This document shows positions 10,003 to 18,021 of a DNA stretch of 64,000 nt, piece by piece (the stretch's first letter is position 1; each line of letters opens with the position of its first letter). Source of the stretch: Anaerolineae bacterium (lineage in GTDB: Bacteria > Chloroflexota > Anaerolineae > Promineifilales > Promineifilaceae); the NCBI GenBank assembly GCA_030425205.1, contig JAUIAP010000016.1, positions 55,956 through 119,955 of the forward strand, given 5' to 3'. Below the pieces are notes generated by a model. The model searched no databases and was not told where the DNA came from. It saw only the letters and a program-made list of their open reading frames with translations. A program made the position numbers and the translations under genes.

Positions 10003-10902
10003 ATGATGGATGGAAGGTTGCCGATTTCGATAGGAATCACGGCACACAATGAAGCGGGAAATATCGGCCGATTATTAGATCGCCTTACTTATCAACAGCT
10101 AGAAAACGTTTTAATCCGCGAAATCATCGTCGTCAGCAGCGGATCGACTGATGCAACGAACGACATCGTGCGTGAATGGGAAGCACGTAACCCATTGGTG
10201 CGCTTGGTTGTACAGGCTCAACGTGAGGGCAAAGCCTCCGCCATCAACCTTCTATTGACACAAACGCAAGAAAAGATTGTCGTGCTGTCGAGTGCAGACG
10301 TGTTGCCAGAACCGACGACAATTGAACGGTTGGTCACACCGCTGCACGATGCGACCGTTGGTATGGTTGGCGTGCGTCCTGTCCCCGTCAACAATCCGCA
10401 ACAGTTCATGGGCTACGCAGCCCACCTGCTTTGGGATTTACATCACGATATGAACATGGCAGGGACGCGCAAAGTGGGTGAGATGGTCGCTTTTCGACAC
10501 GTCTTTGAGCGCATTCCCAACCACACGGCCGTCGATGAGGCGAGTATTGAACCGCTAATTCGTGGGCAAGGTTACACCATCGCGTATGCACCAGATGCGA
10601 TTGTTTACAACAAGGGGCCTGAAACAGCTGGCGACTTTTTACGTCAACGGCGACGCATCTTCGCTGGTCATTTAGAGATGCAACGGGAATTGGGCTATGC
10701 TGTCGGCACGATGAGTGGCGGCGGAATTTTGCCCCACTTTATCAAGCGATTGGAACCACACCCCAAGAAGGTCGTTTGGGCTGGCATGGTGGCGGGGCTG
10801 GAGGTTTTCGGCCGAAAACTCGGTCAGTACGACTACCGCCGCCAACACAACCACACCGTTTGGGATGTGGCGACAACGACCAAGCAGTTGACAGAGACGT
10901 GA
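10003..10902 (+). CDS. family 2 glycosyltransferase
   Basis: ISIGITAHNEAGNIGRLLDRL...IIVVSSGSTDATNDIV...VVLSSADVLPEPTT: GT2 N-terminal Rossmann with DxD-like acidic motif; 299 aa. Confidence 0.6.
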   Translation: MMDGRLPISIGITAHNEAGNIGRLLDRLTYQQLENVLIREIIVVSSGSTDATNDIVREWEARNPLVRLVVQAQREGKASAINLLLTQTQEKIVVLSSADVLPEPTTIERLVTPLHDATVGMVGVRPVPVNNPQQFMGYAAHLLWDLHHDMNMAGTRKVGEMVAFRHVFERIPNHTAVDEASIEPLIRGQGYTIAYAPDAIVYNKGPETAGDFLRQRRRIFAGHLEMQRELGYAVGTMSGGGILPHFIKRLEPHPKKVVWAGMVAGLEVFGRKLGQYDYRRQHNHTVWDVATTTKQLTET

Positions 10903-10939
10903 CAGAGATTTAATCCATTCATTTCACAGGAGAGTCCGC

Positions 10940-11152
10940 ATGAGTAGCTCAAATTATGAGATTGTGATTTTTTACAGCGCAGAAGACCACGCCTATATTG
11001 CCGAAGCCCCCAAATTAACCGGCTGTGTCGCCGATGGCAAAACATGTGCCGAAGCATTGGCAAATGTCGATGTTGCGATCAAACAGTGGATGACCAGCGC
11101 AAAATCACAAGGCAAAAAACTTCCCAAACATCGACGGATAATGTTTGCCTAA
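10940..11152 (+). CDS. HicB-like (DUF1902/UPF0150-type) small protein, orphan antitoxin-fold protein
   Basis: 70 aa; YEIVIFYSAEDHAYIAEAPKLTGCVADGKTCAEALANVDVAIKQWM matches the HicB/UPF0150 antitoxin fold consensus; good RBS (AGGAGAG) 7 nt upstream of ATG; no HicA partner detected nearby. Confidence 0.5.
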   Translation: MSSSNYEIVIFYSAEDHAYIAEAPKLTGCVADGKTCAEALANVDVAIKQWMTSAKSQGKKLPKHRRIMFA

Positions 11153-11314
11153 AACGTGCGCCGTTCGTTTTTAGTGCCGCTCTATACGTTCCGAAATTCC
11201 AAGCTACCAAATGGAAAGAGTCGATCTAGCGTGATGTAACCTCGCCCTGTTCTGTAAAGAAAAAGTCAGTGGTGAGAATTCAGGTTTTATTTGAATAGAG
11301 TACGCTACAATTGA

Positions 11315-12448
11315 ATGAAAATAGAAGAACTCACACTGGTTGTGGGTTCTTTTTTATCTATGAAATCAATGCTCGGCGTGCTGGCGCGTATACCAGCGTT
11401 TCAACTTTATCGTGCAACGGGGTGGCCAAAAATGATGCCACTCAACATTACGCTTTCGCCCTCACCCAAATGTAATTCACGCTGTTTGACGTGTAACATT
11501 TGGATGAAACGCGAGAATGAGCTTACGCTTGAGGAATGGGATAAGGTGTTGGCCTCGCTCGGCCCCGCACCCTATTGGTTCACGATCAGCGGCGGCGAAC
11601 CCCTGATGTACCCCAAGATCGTCGAGCTGGCGATTTTGGCCTACAAACATTGCAAGCCGGGCATTATCAACATTCCGACCAATGGCATTTTGAAGAGTGG
11701 CCCTGAACGGGTCGAGCGGATTTTGCAGGAATGTCCCGATAGTCAGTTGATTATCAATTTATCACTTGACGGTGTAGGCGAAAAGCACGACTTTATTCGC
11801 GGCGTTGCCAATAATTTTGAGAAGTTTGAGGAGCGACTTGAGCAGTACCTCGAACTCAAGAAAAAGTACAAGAATTTGGCGGTGGGCATCCATTCGGTTG
11901 TGTCAACCTTTAACGTACATGATCTGGATGAGTTGATCGACTATGCAGATCGGTCGGCGGCCGACCAGTTTATCACCGAGATCGCAGAGCCACGTGTCGA
12001 ATTGGATACGGTTGGGTTGCCGATCACGCCAGACCCCGCCGCGTATGCTGAGGCGATTGATAAGCTGATCGCCTATGTTGAAAGCAAGCAATTTAAAGGC
12101 ATCAGCAAAATTACAGAGGCGTTTCGCATCGAGTATTACAAGTTGGTCAAGCGCATTTTAGATGAGCAAGATCAGGTGATCGCCTGTTATGCTGGTTGGG
12201 CAAGTGCACAAATTTACGCCGACGGAACGGTGTGGCCGTGCTGTGTGCGGGCGGATGATTTGGGGAATTTGCGGGATCATGATTATGATTTCGGCCGAAT
12301 TTGGCATGGTGACGCAATCAAAGAGGTGCGCCGCAGTATCCGCGATAAAGAGTGCCACTGTCCGTTGGCAAATGCCTCCTATACAAACCTGCTGCACGAC
12401 GTTCCGACCATGGGGCGCATCAGTCTAAAAGTTCTCAATGTCAAGTGA
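11315..12448 (+). CDS. radical SAM enzyme with C-terminal SPASM domain
   Basis: CNSRCLTCNIW = Cx3Cx2C radical-SAM cluster motif; GGEPLMYP SAM-binding glycine-rich motif; C-terminal CYAGWASAQIYADGTVWPCC...CHCP = SPASM auxiliary-cluster cysteine pattern. Confidence 0.75.
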   Translation: MKIEELTLVVGSFLSMKSMLGVLARIPAFQLYRATGWPKMMPLNITLSPSPKCNSRCLTCNIWMKRENELTLEEWDKVLASLGPAPYWFTISGGEPLMYPKIVELAILAYKHCKPGIINIPTNGILKSGPERVERILQECPDSQLIINLSLDGVGEKHDFIRGVANNFEKFEERLEQYLELKKKYKNLAVGIHSVVSTFNVHDLDELIDYADRSAADQFITEIAEPRVELDTVGLPITPDPAAYAEAIDKLIAYVESKQFKGISKITEAFRIEYYKLVKRILDEQDQVIACYAGWASAQIYADGTVWPCCVRADDLGNLRDHDYDFGRIWHGDAIKEVRRSIRDKECHCPLANASYTNLLHDVPTMGRISLKVLNVK

Positions 12449-12567
12449 GAGCTGTGTCGCTGGAACAGTATGTACAAACAGTTTGCAATAGCTTGGTAGC
12501 CAGCATGAGGCGACATTGGCAAAGTGGTGGCAACAATCTTTGCTGCCAACGCAATGATGAGGAAAAG

Positions 12568-12855
12568 ATGGCATTCGATTGGTTAAACAAATTTCAGAAA
12601 GCACAGACAAAGGCTCCCAACTACGCGGAGAAAACGCTGGCGGCCTACAAACTCGGGATGAAGGCAAAAGGATCAATTGCGGGGGTGAGGGTAGCTACTT
12701 CTCCCCAATCTTGTTCTGCCGCCCAAGCGATTGATGCGACAGAAATTTATCATCCCGACGAGGCGCCCCATCTCCCCCTCGCCGACTGTCCCCACGCGCA
12801 GACGTGCCAATGCGTCTACCGTCCCGTCATGAAGTACGAAGTCGAAGAGAAGTGA
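12568..12855 (+). CDS. small hypothetical protein (95 aa) with Cys-rich C-terminus, candidate substrate peptide/small metal-binding protein downstream of rSAM-SPASM gene
   Basis: ATG at 12568 with RBS AGGAAAAG; sequence MAFDWLNKFQKAQTKAPNYAEKTLAAYKLGMKAKG...SCSAAQAIDATEIYHPDEAPHLPLADCPHAQTCQCVYRPV. The ORF-track start (12352) overlaps rSAM gene, so internal start preferred. Confidence 0.35.
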   Translation: MAFDWLNKFQKAQTKAPNYAEKTLAAYKLGMKAKGSIAGVRVATSPQSCSAAQAIDATEIYHPDEAPHLPLADCPHAQTCQCVYRPVMKYEVEEK

Positions 12856-12940
12856 ACAGTTGACGGTGAACCGTGAATAGTTGACAGCACGCCTGTTTTC
12901 TGTTTACTGTCCACAGCCAACTGATCACTGTTTACTGATA

Positions 12941-14647
12941 ATGAAAGTAGCAGTTACAGGTGCAACAGGATTTTTAGGCGCGGCAATTTGTCACGCGCTC
13001 GTTGCGGCGGGGCATGAAGTCGTCGCCATTGTGCGCGGCACGTCAGATCGCTGGCGACTGGATGGGTTAGATGTGACCTATCGCATTGGGGACGTGACTG
13101 TTCCCACAACGCTGCCCGACGCGCTGGCGGGGTGCGATTGGCTGGTTCATGCAGCGGGTCGCTTGGGTGAATTTGGCATCAGTGAGGAAGCATACACGCG
13201 CCTGCATGTTGAGGGAACACGCAATGTTTTGGAGGCGGCACGTGGGTTGTCGCGTGTTTTGGTGGTGAGTAGTCCCGGCGTGCTGGGATCTGGGGAGATA
13301 CGCGGAGAATCGGCTGAATATGCCCCCACCAACCGCTATGAGCGCAGCAAAGCCGCCGCCGAAAAGGTCTCCCTTACCTACCCAAACGCCATCATCGTGC
13401 GGCCCGAATTTGTTTATGGAGAAGGGGATCTGCACGTATTGGGTCTCTTTAATGCGGTCAAATCGGGTCGGATTTTCTTGATTGACGGGGGCAGAAGCAC
13501 CTGCCACCCAACCCACATCGCGGACGCAGTGCGCGGCATGCTATTGGCTCTCGAAAAGGGCAAAACGGGTGAAATCTATCACATTACGGGGCAAGAGCCT
13601 GTCCCGATGCGCCAATTTTTGCGCGACATCGCCGCCGTTTTGGACGTGCCAGAGCCAACCGTTAGCCTGCCTCGTTTTGTCATGCAACCAGCCGCCAAGC
13701 TGCTCGAAATTGTTGGAGAAAAAACGGGTATTACGCCACCGCTGACAACCTCCGCCGTCGATTTTTTCAGCACAAGCTACCGCTTCTCTTCTGAAAAGGC
13801 GCAACGCGAATTGGGTTACACGCCGCAAGTCGATCTGCGTCAAGGATTACGCCGCACGGCCGCATGGTATCGCGCGCATGGCTATCTAGGAGCACAAGCG
13901 ACTTGGGCGCGTGCCATCAACGAACTGTATCCGCTCGCCTTAGCCGAAGGGGAAGGGGTCGGCACGGCTTATGAATATTTCGTCAAGCGGCGCGCATTGC
14001 AGAAGTTTCTGATCCACAAACAGCCCCAAAGCATGTTGATCGCGGGACTGCCGCAAGTTTACGGGCATAGCAGCGACTTCCTTTTGCTGGCGCAAGAGTT
14101 GGGGGCCACGTTAACCGTCGTTGATGAGCGTGCCGAGAAGTTGGAGGCGACCAAGGTGTTGCTGGCTCAACTGCAAGCCGACGGGCGACTGGTTGGCTTG
14201 CCCGTCACGTTTAAGCAGGTTGATTGGCGCGAGCCGTTGCCATTTGCGGAGGGCGAATTTGATTTGGTAGTCTCGTCAGAGGTGATTCAGCGCATGGACG
14301 CGCCAGAGCGTGAGTTGTTTGCACAAGAGGTTCAGCGTGTGGGACGGCATTTCGCGATCTTTTGTCCCAATCAGGACAACGCATCACACGTCGGCCGATC
14401 TGGACTCAACGGCCTCACCTTAGCTGCCTTGCGTGGTCATTTTCCACAAAGTGAGATGAGTGGACTGATCGATATGCCGCCGTTTCCACCGGGAATTGCG
14501 TTGTCTGAAGAACAGAGGGAATCGGCCGAATCTGGCATGATTCAACAGATTGGCATGTGGGGTCTACAGCAGTACAGTCGATTTGAAGCGTTATTGCCGA
14601 CAAATGTGCGCGCACAATACGCGCATATCGTCTACGTTTTCCGCTGA
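12941..14647 (+). CDS. NAD-dependent epimerase/dehydratase (SDR, extended) fused to C-terminal class-I methyltransferase-like domain
   Basis: MKVAVTGATGFLGAAICHALVAAGHEVV = Rossmann GxxGxxG; YxxxK (YERSKAAAE) catalytic motif; C-terminal 220 aa (..LIAGLPQVYGHSSDFLLLAQELGATLTVVDERAEKLE..DLVVSSEVIQRMD..) has MTase-like topology. Start moved to ATG at 12941 from ORF-track 12881. Confidence 0.6.
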   Translation: MKVAVTGATGFLGAAICHALVAAGHEVVAIVRGTSDRWRLDGLDVTYRIGDVTVPTTLPDALAGCDWLVHAAGRLGEFGISEEAYTRLHVEGTRNVLEAARGLSRVLVVSSPGVLGSGEIRGESAEYAPTNRYERSKAAAEKVSLTYPNAIIVRPEFVYGEGDLHVLGLFNAVKSGRIFLIDGGRSTCHPTHIADAVRGMLLALEKGKTGEIYHITGQEPVPMRQFLRDIAAVLDVPEPTVSLPRFVMQPAAKLLEIVGEKTGITPPLTTSAVDFFSTSYRFSSEKAQRELGYTPQVDLRQGLRRTAAWYRAHGYLGAQATWARAINELYPLALAEGEGVGTAYEYFVKRRALQKFLIHKQPQSMLIAGLPQVYGHSSDFLLLAQELGATLTVVDERAEKLEATKVLLAQLQADGRLVGLPVTFKQVDWREPLPFAEGEFDLVVSSEVIQRMDAPERELFAQEVQRVGRHFAIFCPNQDNASHVGRSGLNGLTLAALRGHFPQSEMSGLIDMPPFPPGIALSEEQRESAESGMIQQIGMWGLQQYSRFEALLPTNVRAQYAHIVYVFR

Positions 14648-14649
14648 GC

Positions 14650-15000
14650 TTAGCTCGGCCACTCTGCGCCATCGTAGTAGCGCGTGCCGCGATGCCCTTT
14701 TTTGGCGACGGGTGGATCAAGCTTCTCGCCGGGACACGCCACCATGATCAAGGTGCGTGGTTTGCCTGATGAGGGATTGACCGAGCCATTGGGGATGATT
14801 TCGGTGATCTTACATCGGCCGATTAATTCATCCCCATAGATCGTGTAGACATAATCCCCGACATGCAAGCGCGACGGCTTCCCCGCCATGTGAAATTCAA
14901 ACGCGCTCAGCGTGCCATCATATAAACCCTGCGCCGCTTCACCGTGTGCCTTCTGAATCGTCTTTGTAATTCCGTGCAAATTCTCGCTAGTCATCACCAA
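14650..15000 (-). CDS. hypothetical small protein (116 aa), co-transcribed downstream of lepA
   Basis: Overlaps lepA 3' end by 14 nt on the same strand (operon-like coupling). No confident domain assignment (possibly PUA/ASCH-like beta-barrel). Confidence 0.4.
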   Translation of the reverse strand: MVMTSENLHGITKTIQKAHGEAAQGLYDGTLSAFEFHMAGKPSRLHVGDYVYTIYGDELIGRCKITEIIPNGSVNPSSGKPRTLIMVACPGEKLDPPVAKKGHRGTRYYDGAEWPS

Positions 15001-16792
15001 TCCTCAATACGGACATAAACGCCTCTTGCGGCACTTCAACTGAGCCGATCATCTTCATGCGCTTCTTACCCTTTTTCTGCTTTTCAAGCAATTTTTTCTT
15101 GCGTGTAATGTCACCGCCATAACATTTAGCGGTCACATCCTTGCGCATCGCCCGAACATTGGCACGGCTGATAATCATTTTGCCAACGGCTGCCTGAATT
15201 GGAACTTCAAACATTTGGCGTGGAATTTTGTCCTTCAGCGCGGTGACCAGTCGCTGTCCGCGCCGATAGGCGTCGTCCTTGTGAACGATCATCGTCAGTG
15301 CATCCACCTCTTGCTTATTCACCAAAACTTCGAGCTTCACTAGATTGCTGGCGCGATAGCCGAGCAAATCGTAATCCATCGAGGCATAACCACGTGTAAC
15401 GCTTTTGAGCTTGTCATAGAAGTCGATAATCAGTTCACCCAGCGGAATGTCATAGTTGAATACAATGCGCCCCTCGGCCGGATACTCTTGACTGATCAAC
15501 TCGCCGCGTCGTCGCGTCGCCAAATCCATGATAACCCCATAATACTCGTCGGGGGTGAAAATCTGCACGCGCATCCATGGCTCGCGGATTTCGACATATT
15601 CACCTTCAGCAGGTAAATCGGCGGGGCTGCTCACCTCTTGCACATCCCCGTTGGGCGCGACGATTTCGTAGCGCACGCTGGGTGCAGTCGCCGTGATGTC
15701 GAGATCGTATTCGCGCTCAAGTCGTTCTTGCACGATTTCCATATGGAAGAGGCCGAGAAAACCGACGCGAAAGCCGAAGTTGAGTGCGTTAGAAACTTCG
15801 GGTTCATAGACGAGCGCGGCATCGTTAAGTTGCAGCTTTTCGAGCGCATCGCGCAAATCTTCAAAATCCTCGTTGTTGGTTGGGAAAAAGCCTGCATAGA
15901 CCATTGGCTTGGCGGGTTGATAGCCAGGCAAGGCTGCGGCCGATGGATTTTTCTTTAAGGTGATCGTGTCCCCAACGCGACATTCACGCACATCTTTCAG
16001 ACCCGTTGCGATGTAGCCGACTTCACCCGATGAGAGCGATTTTGTCGCCTTCATCACGGGTTCAAACACACCAATCTCAATCGGTTCAACCTCGACGTCG
16101 TTTGACATCATCCGCACAATCTCGCGGTCGTTAATGTGGCCCTCAAAGACACGCACATAGGCGATCACGCCCTTATAGCTATCATAATGGGAGTCGAAAA
16201 TGAGGGCGCGGAGCGGCTTGTCAACTGACCCCTCAGGCGGTGGAATGCGCTCCACAACCGCCTCTAAAATCGCCCCTACGTTTTCGCCCGTCTTGGCACT
16301 AACAGGAATACAGTCGAGTGCATCGATCCCCGTGATCGCCTCCACCTCTTCAGCCACATCGTCGGGCAGCGCGGCCGGCAGGTCGATTTTGTTGATGACG
16401 GGAATAATTTCAAGATCGGCGTCAACCGCCAAATATAGATTCGCCAGCGTCTGCGCTTCGACCCCTTGCGTGGCATCGACAACTAAAATTGCTCCCTCAC
16501 ACCCCTGCAATGCGCGGCTAACTTCATAGCCAAAATCGACGTGACCGGGTGTGTCGATCAGGTTCATAATGTACTGTTCGCCATCATTGGCGGTGTACTT
16601 CATGCGGACGGCGGATGCCTTAATGGTGACACCTTTTTCGCGTTCCAAATCCATGCTGTCGAGCAACTGCTCTTGCATGTCGCGGTCGGCGACGGTGTCG
16701 GTCATTTGAAGCAAGCGATCGGCAAGCGTTGACTTGCCGTGATCAATGTGGGCGATAATACAGAAATTGCGAATTTTAGACTGATCGAGCAT
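14987..16792 (-). CDS. lepA: elongation factor 4 (LepA), translational GTPase
   Basis: MLDQSKIRNFCIIAHIDHGKSTLADRLL (G1 P-loop AHIDHGKST), DTPGHVDF (G3), NKID (G4), LepA-specific C-terminal domain ..GGDITRKKKLLEKQKKGKKRMK..; start set to ATG at 16792 (MLDQ..) rather than upstream 16834. Confidence 0.95.
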   Translation of the reverse strand: MLDQSKIRNFCIIAHIDHGKSTLADRLLQMTDTVADRDMQEQLLDSMDLEREKGVTIKASAVRMKYTANDGEQYIMNLIDTPGHVDFGYEVSRALQGCEGAILVVDATQGVEAQTLANLYLAVDADLEIIPVINKIDLPAALPDDVAEEVEAITGIDALDCIPVSAKTGENVGAILEAVVERIPPPEGSVDKPLRALIFDSHYDSYKGVIAYVRVFEGHINDREIVRMMSNDVEVEPIEIGVFEPVMKATKSLSSGEVGYIATGLKDVRECRVGDTITLKKNPSAAALPGYQPAKPMVYAGFFPTNNEDFEDLRDALEKLQLNDAALVYEPEVSNALNFGFRVGFLGLFHMEIVQERLEREYDLDITATAPSVRYEIVAPNGDVQEVSSPADLPAEGEYVEIREPWMRVQIFTPDEYYGVIMDLATRRRGELISQEYPAEGRIVFNYDIPLGELIIDFYDKLKSVTRGYASMDYDLLGYRASNLVKLEVLVNKQEVDALTMIVHKDDAYRRGQRLVTALKDKIPRQMFEVPIQAAVGKMIISRANVRAMRKDVTAKCYGGDITRKKKLLEKQKKGKKRMKMIGSVEVPQEAFMSVLRIGDD

Positions 16793-16927
16793 AGGGAGAT
16801 TATAGCATACTGGAGGAGGTAAACAGTTTATCAACCATCCGCTAACCAGCGGCAGGCGAGTTCATACGGATTGCTGTTTACTGGTTCTATCCACTACTAA
16901 TAGATTTCTTTTACAAAAGACCATATA

Positions 16928-16949
16928 GTTACGTTACCGATAACGTGAC
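16928..16949. promoter_or_regulatory. candidate LacI-family operator palindrome (GTTACGTTA-CCGA-TAACGTGAC) 22 bp upstream of regulator start
   Basis: 9-bp inverted arms (8/9 match) around a 4-bp centre, the size/shape typical of LacI/GalR operators, immediately upstream of LacI-family gene. Confidence 0.4.
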
Positions 16950-16971
16950 GGTATGGAGCAGTAACAAGATC

Positions 16972-18021
16972 ATGAAGAAACGAATAACGATCGGTGACAT
17001 CGCAATAGCCGCTGGTGTTTCAAAGCAGACGGTATCACGAGCCATCAACGACAAAGATGAGATCAGTTTAGAGACAAAAGAGCGCATTATGCAACTGGTG
17101 CGTGAATTGGGCTATCGGCCGAATCGTCTCGCCCAAGCGATGAATAGCCAGCGCACGCGCATGGTTGGCCTAGTCGTTTCTGATATCACAAACGCCTTCT
17201 TCCCAGAAATAGCGCGTGGCGCACAAGACGCAGCGATGGCGCAAGATTACACGATTCTGATCGTTAACACCGATGAAAGTGCTGACCGAGAAATACAGAT
17301 GTTGGAACTGCTGGCGGCCCAGTCGGTTGATGGGATTATCTCCTTCACACACCAAATGACCGATCGACAGTTGCTCGATTTTGCGGATGGATTTCGGCCG
17401 ATTGTGATGATCAATCGCAACATCGAACATCCAAACATTAGCCGCATCATGGTTGACAACGGTCGGGGCGCGGAAATGGCCGTCGAACATCTCATCGAAC
17501 AAGGTCATCAACACATCGCCATGTTAAGCAACATAACGTTCGCACCCGGCCACGTGCGGCGCGTGCAAGGCTATTTGCGTGCCTTGAGCCGCCATCAGCT
17601 CCCCGACTATCTGCACAGCACAAACGCCTCAAGTGACGGTGGTTACAATGGCACCATCGCCTTGTTAGGCAACCATCCCCATGTGACCGCTATCTTTTGT
17701 TACAACGACATGATGGCAATTGGCGCATTGCGTGCGTGCCAAGCGACTGGCCGGCGCGTGCCAGAGGATATTGCCATCGTCGGGTTTGACGACATCCAGC
17801 TCATCTCAATGATCACCCCATCGCTCTCTTCGATTCACGTCGATAAGTATGAAATTGGCAAATTGGCATTCATGCGCGTGCTTGAACTGCTCGAAGATGA
17901 CACAAGAAAAGCAGGTGCCATCACATTAGAACCCTCAATCAAGGTGCGCGAATCATCCCAACGCCAATCGCAGCCTAAGATGCAGGTGCGTCAAGTCAAT
18001 TCTAGATCAACCTCTTCATAA
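16972..18021 (+). CDS. LacI-family transcriptional regulator
   Basis: N-terminal HTH ITIGDIAIAAGVSKQTVSRAINDKDEISLETKERIMQLVRELGYRPNRLAQAMNSQRT (classic LacI HTH + hinge), periplasmic-binding-fold sugar domain after. Start at ATG 16972 (MKKRITIGD). Confidence 0.85.
   Translation: MKKRITIGDIAIAAGVSKQTVSRAINDKDEISLETKERIMQLVRELGYRPNRLAQAMNSQRTRMVGLVVSDITNAFFPEIARGAQDAAMAQDYTILIVNTDESADREIQMLELLAAQSVDGIISFTHQMTDRQLLDFADGFRPIVMINRNIEHPNISRIMVDNGRGAEMAVEHLIEQGHQHIAMLSNITFAPGHVRRVQGYLRALSRHQLPDYLHSTNASSDGGYNGTIALLGNHPHVTAIFCYNDMMAIGALRACQATGRRVPEDIAIVGFDDIQLISMITPSLSSIHVDKYEIGKLAFMRVLELLEDDTRKAGAITLEPSIKVRESSQRQSQPKMQVRQVNSRSTSS

Noticed and set aside
10940-11152. Calling a complete HicAB toxin-antitoxin system
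   Set aside because: Only the HicB-like half is present; no HicA-like small basic ORF on either side.
16793-16834. Upstream extension of lepA (MINCLPPPVCYNLP)
   Set aside because: LepA orthologs start at MLDQSK.. directly before the G1 motif; the extension is not conserved-like and is Cys/Pro-rich.
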